This document shows positions 34,643-35,821 of a stretch of DNA of 35,821 bases, piece after piece. The number at the start of each line of letters is the position of its first letter. Positions within the stretch are counted from its first letter, which is position 1. A model generated the notes under the pieces. That model was not told the DNA's origin. It made no database searches and worked only from the letters and a program-made list of their open reading frames with translations. The stretch covers positions 46,911,687 through 46,947,507 of the forward strand of contig NC_068987.1 of NCBI RefSeq assembly GCF_001194135.2, read 5' to 3'. The translations under genes were made by a program, and so were the position numbers. The DNA comes from Octopus bimaculoides. Lineage: Eukaryota.

Positions 34643-35161
34643 NNNNNNNNNNNNNNNNNNNNNNNNNNNNNNNNNNNNNNNNNNNNNNNNNNNNNNNNNN
34701 NNNNNNNNNNNNNNNNNNNNNNNNNNNNNNNNNNNNNNNNNNNNNNNNNNNNNNNNNNNNNNNNNNNNNNNNNNNNNNNNNNNNNNNNNNNNNNNNNNNN
34801 NNNNNNNNNNNNNNNNNNNNNNNNNNNNNNNNNNNNNNNNNNNNNNNNNNNNNNNNNNNNNNNNNNNNNNNNNNNNNNNNNNNNNNNNNNNNNNNNNNNN
34901 NNNNNNNNNNNNNNNNNNNNNNNNNNNNNNNNNNNNNNNNNNNNNNNNNNNNNNNNNNNNNNNNNNNNNNNNNNNNNNNNNNNNNNNNNNNNNNNNNNNN
35001 NNNNNNNNNNNNNNNNNNNNNNNNNNNNNNNNNNNNNNNNNNNNNNNNNNNNNNNNNNNNNNNNNNNNNNNNNNNNNNNNNNNNNNNNNNNNNNNNNNNN
35101 NNNNNNNNNNNNNNNNNNNNNNNNNNNNNNNNNNNNNNNNNNNNNNNNNNNNNNNNNNNNN

Positions 35162-35213
<52 letters not shown>

Positions 35214-35215
<2 letters not shown>

Positions 35216-35455
35216 AAGCGCGTGGCTTAGTGGTTCAGGTGTCAGCACCATGATCGTAAGATTGTGGTTTTGATTCTTGGACCAGGCGACGCGTTGTGTT
35301 CTTGAGCAAAACCCTTCATTTCACATTGCTCCAGTCCACTCAGCTGGCAAAAATTAGTAACCCTGCGATGGACTGGCGTCCGGTCCAGCTGGGGAACGCA
35401 TACGCCATTGAAACCGGGCTCATGGGCCCGGCTAGGCTTTAAAAGGACGCATTCA
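35214..35455 (+). mobile_element. tRNA-derived SINE family C (central taaccctgcgatggactgg motif, Meta/V-domain-like)
   Basis: Head gcgcgtggcttagtggtt..; body gttgtgttcttgagcaaaac..catttcacattgctccagtccactcagctgg; then taaccctgcgatggactggcgtcc (35358 onward). Domain naming is from recall. Confidence 0.75.
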
Positions 35456-35751
35456 TTTATTGTTGTTAAATATATAAATATATATATTAAAAGGAGACAA
35501 CAGTAAAATTGCTTTTCTGTTGCTTTTTGCAAACGATACGTCTTGCAGATGCAGACCAACTCCAGTCCCCCTGGAATGCATAAATACACACACACACATG
35601 CAGACAGACAGATACACACAGAAACACACATACATATACACCACACCACATACATACATACATACATACATACATACATACATGCATACATACATACATA
35701 CATACATACATACATACATACATACATACATACATACATACTTACATACAT

Positions 35752-35821
35752 ATTGATTTCAAATTTTGGTACAGCAATTTCATCGACCCAGTACTCAATT
35801 GGTACTTATTTTATCTGCTAC
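35752..35821 (-). mobile_element. SINE family A 3' fragment at window edge
   Basis: tttcaaattttggtac..cccagtactcaattggtacttattttatc. Confidence 0.6.

Overview
Repeat-dominated eukaryotic non-coding DNA from a gapped draft assembly (12 N-gaps, most bordered by microsatellites). I find no intact host protein-coding gene, rRNA, true tRNA gene or CRISPR array, and nearly every ORF in the track is a translated microsatellite or N-run. The repeat families look like those I associate with octopod cephalopods (inference from recall, no search run). Five short interspersed families recur; A-E are my own working labels. Decayed transposons recognisable by protein motifs: a Penelope-like element (RT plus C-terminal GIY-YIG, Hydra-clade-like), two mariners (one in a fold-back arrangement), an internally deleted maT/DD37D element, 3' ends of R4/Dong-type, RTE and CR1-like LINEs, and a weak hAT fossil. 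The most notable unannotated signals are several hammerhead-ribozyme motifs (best at 30154-30216 and about 6545-6605), a ~145-bp inverted repeat pair enclosing ~1.4 kb, module swapping between SINE families, and one candidate 9-nt microexon.
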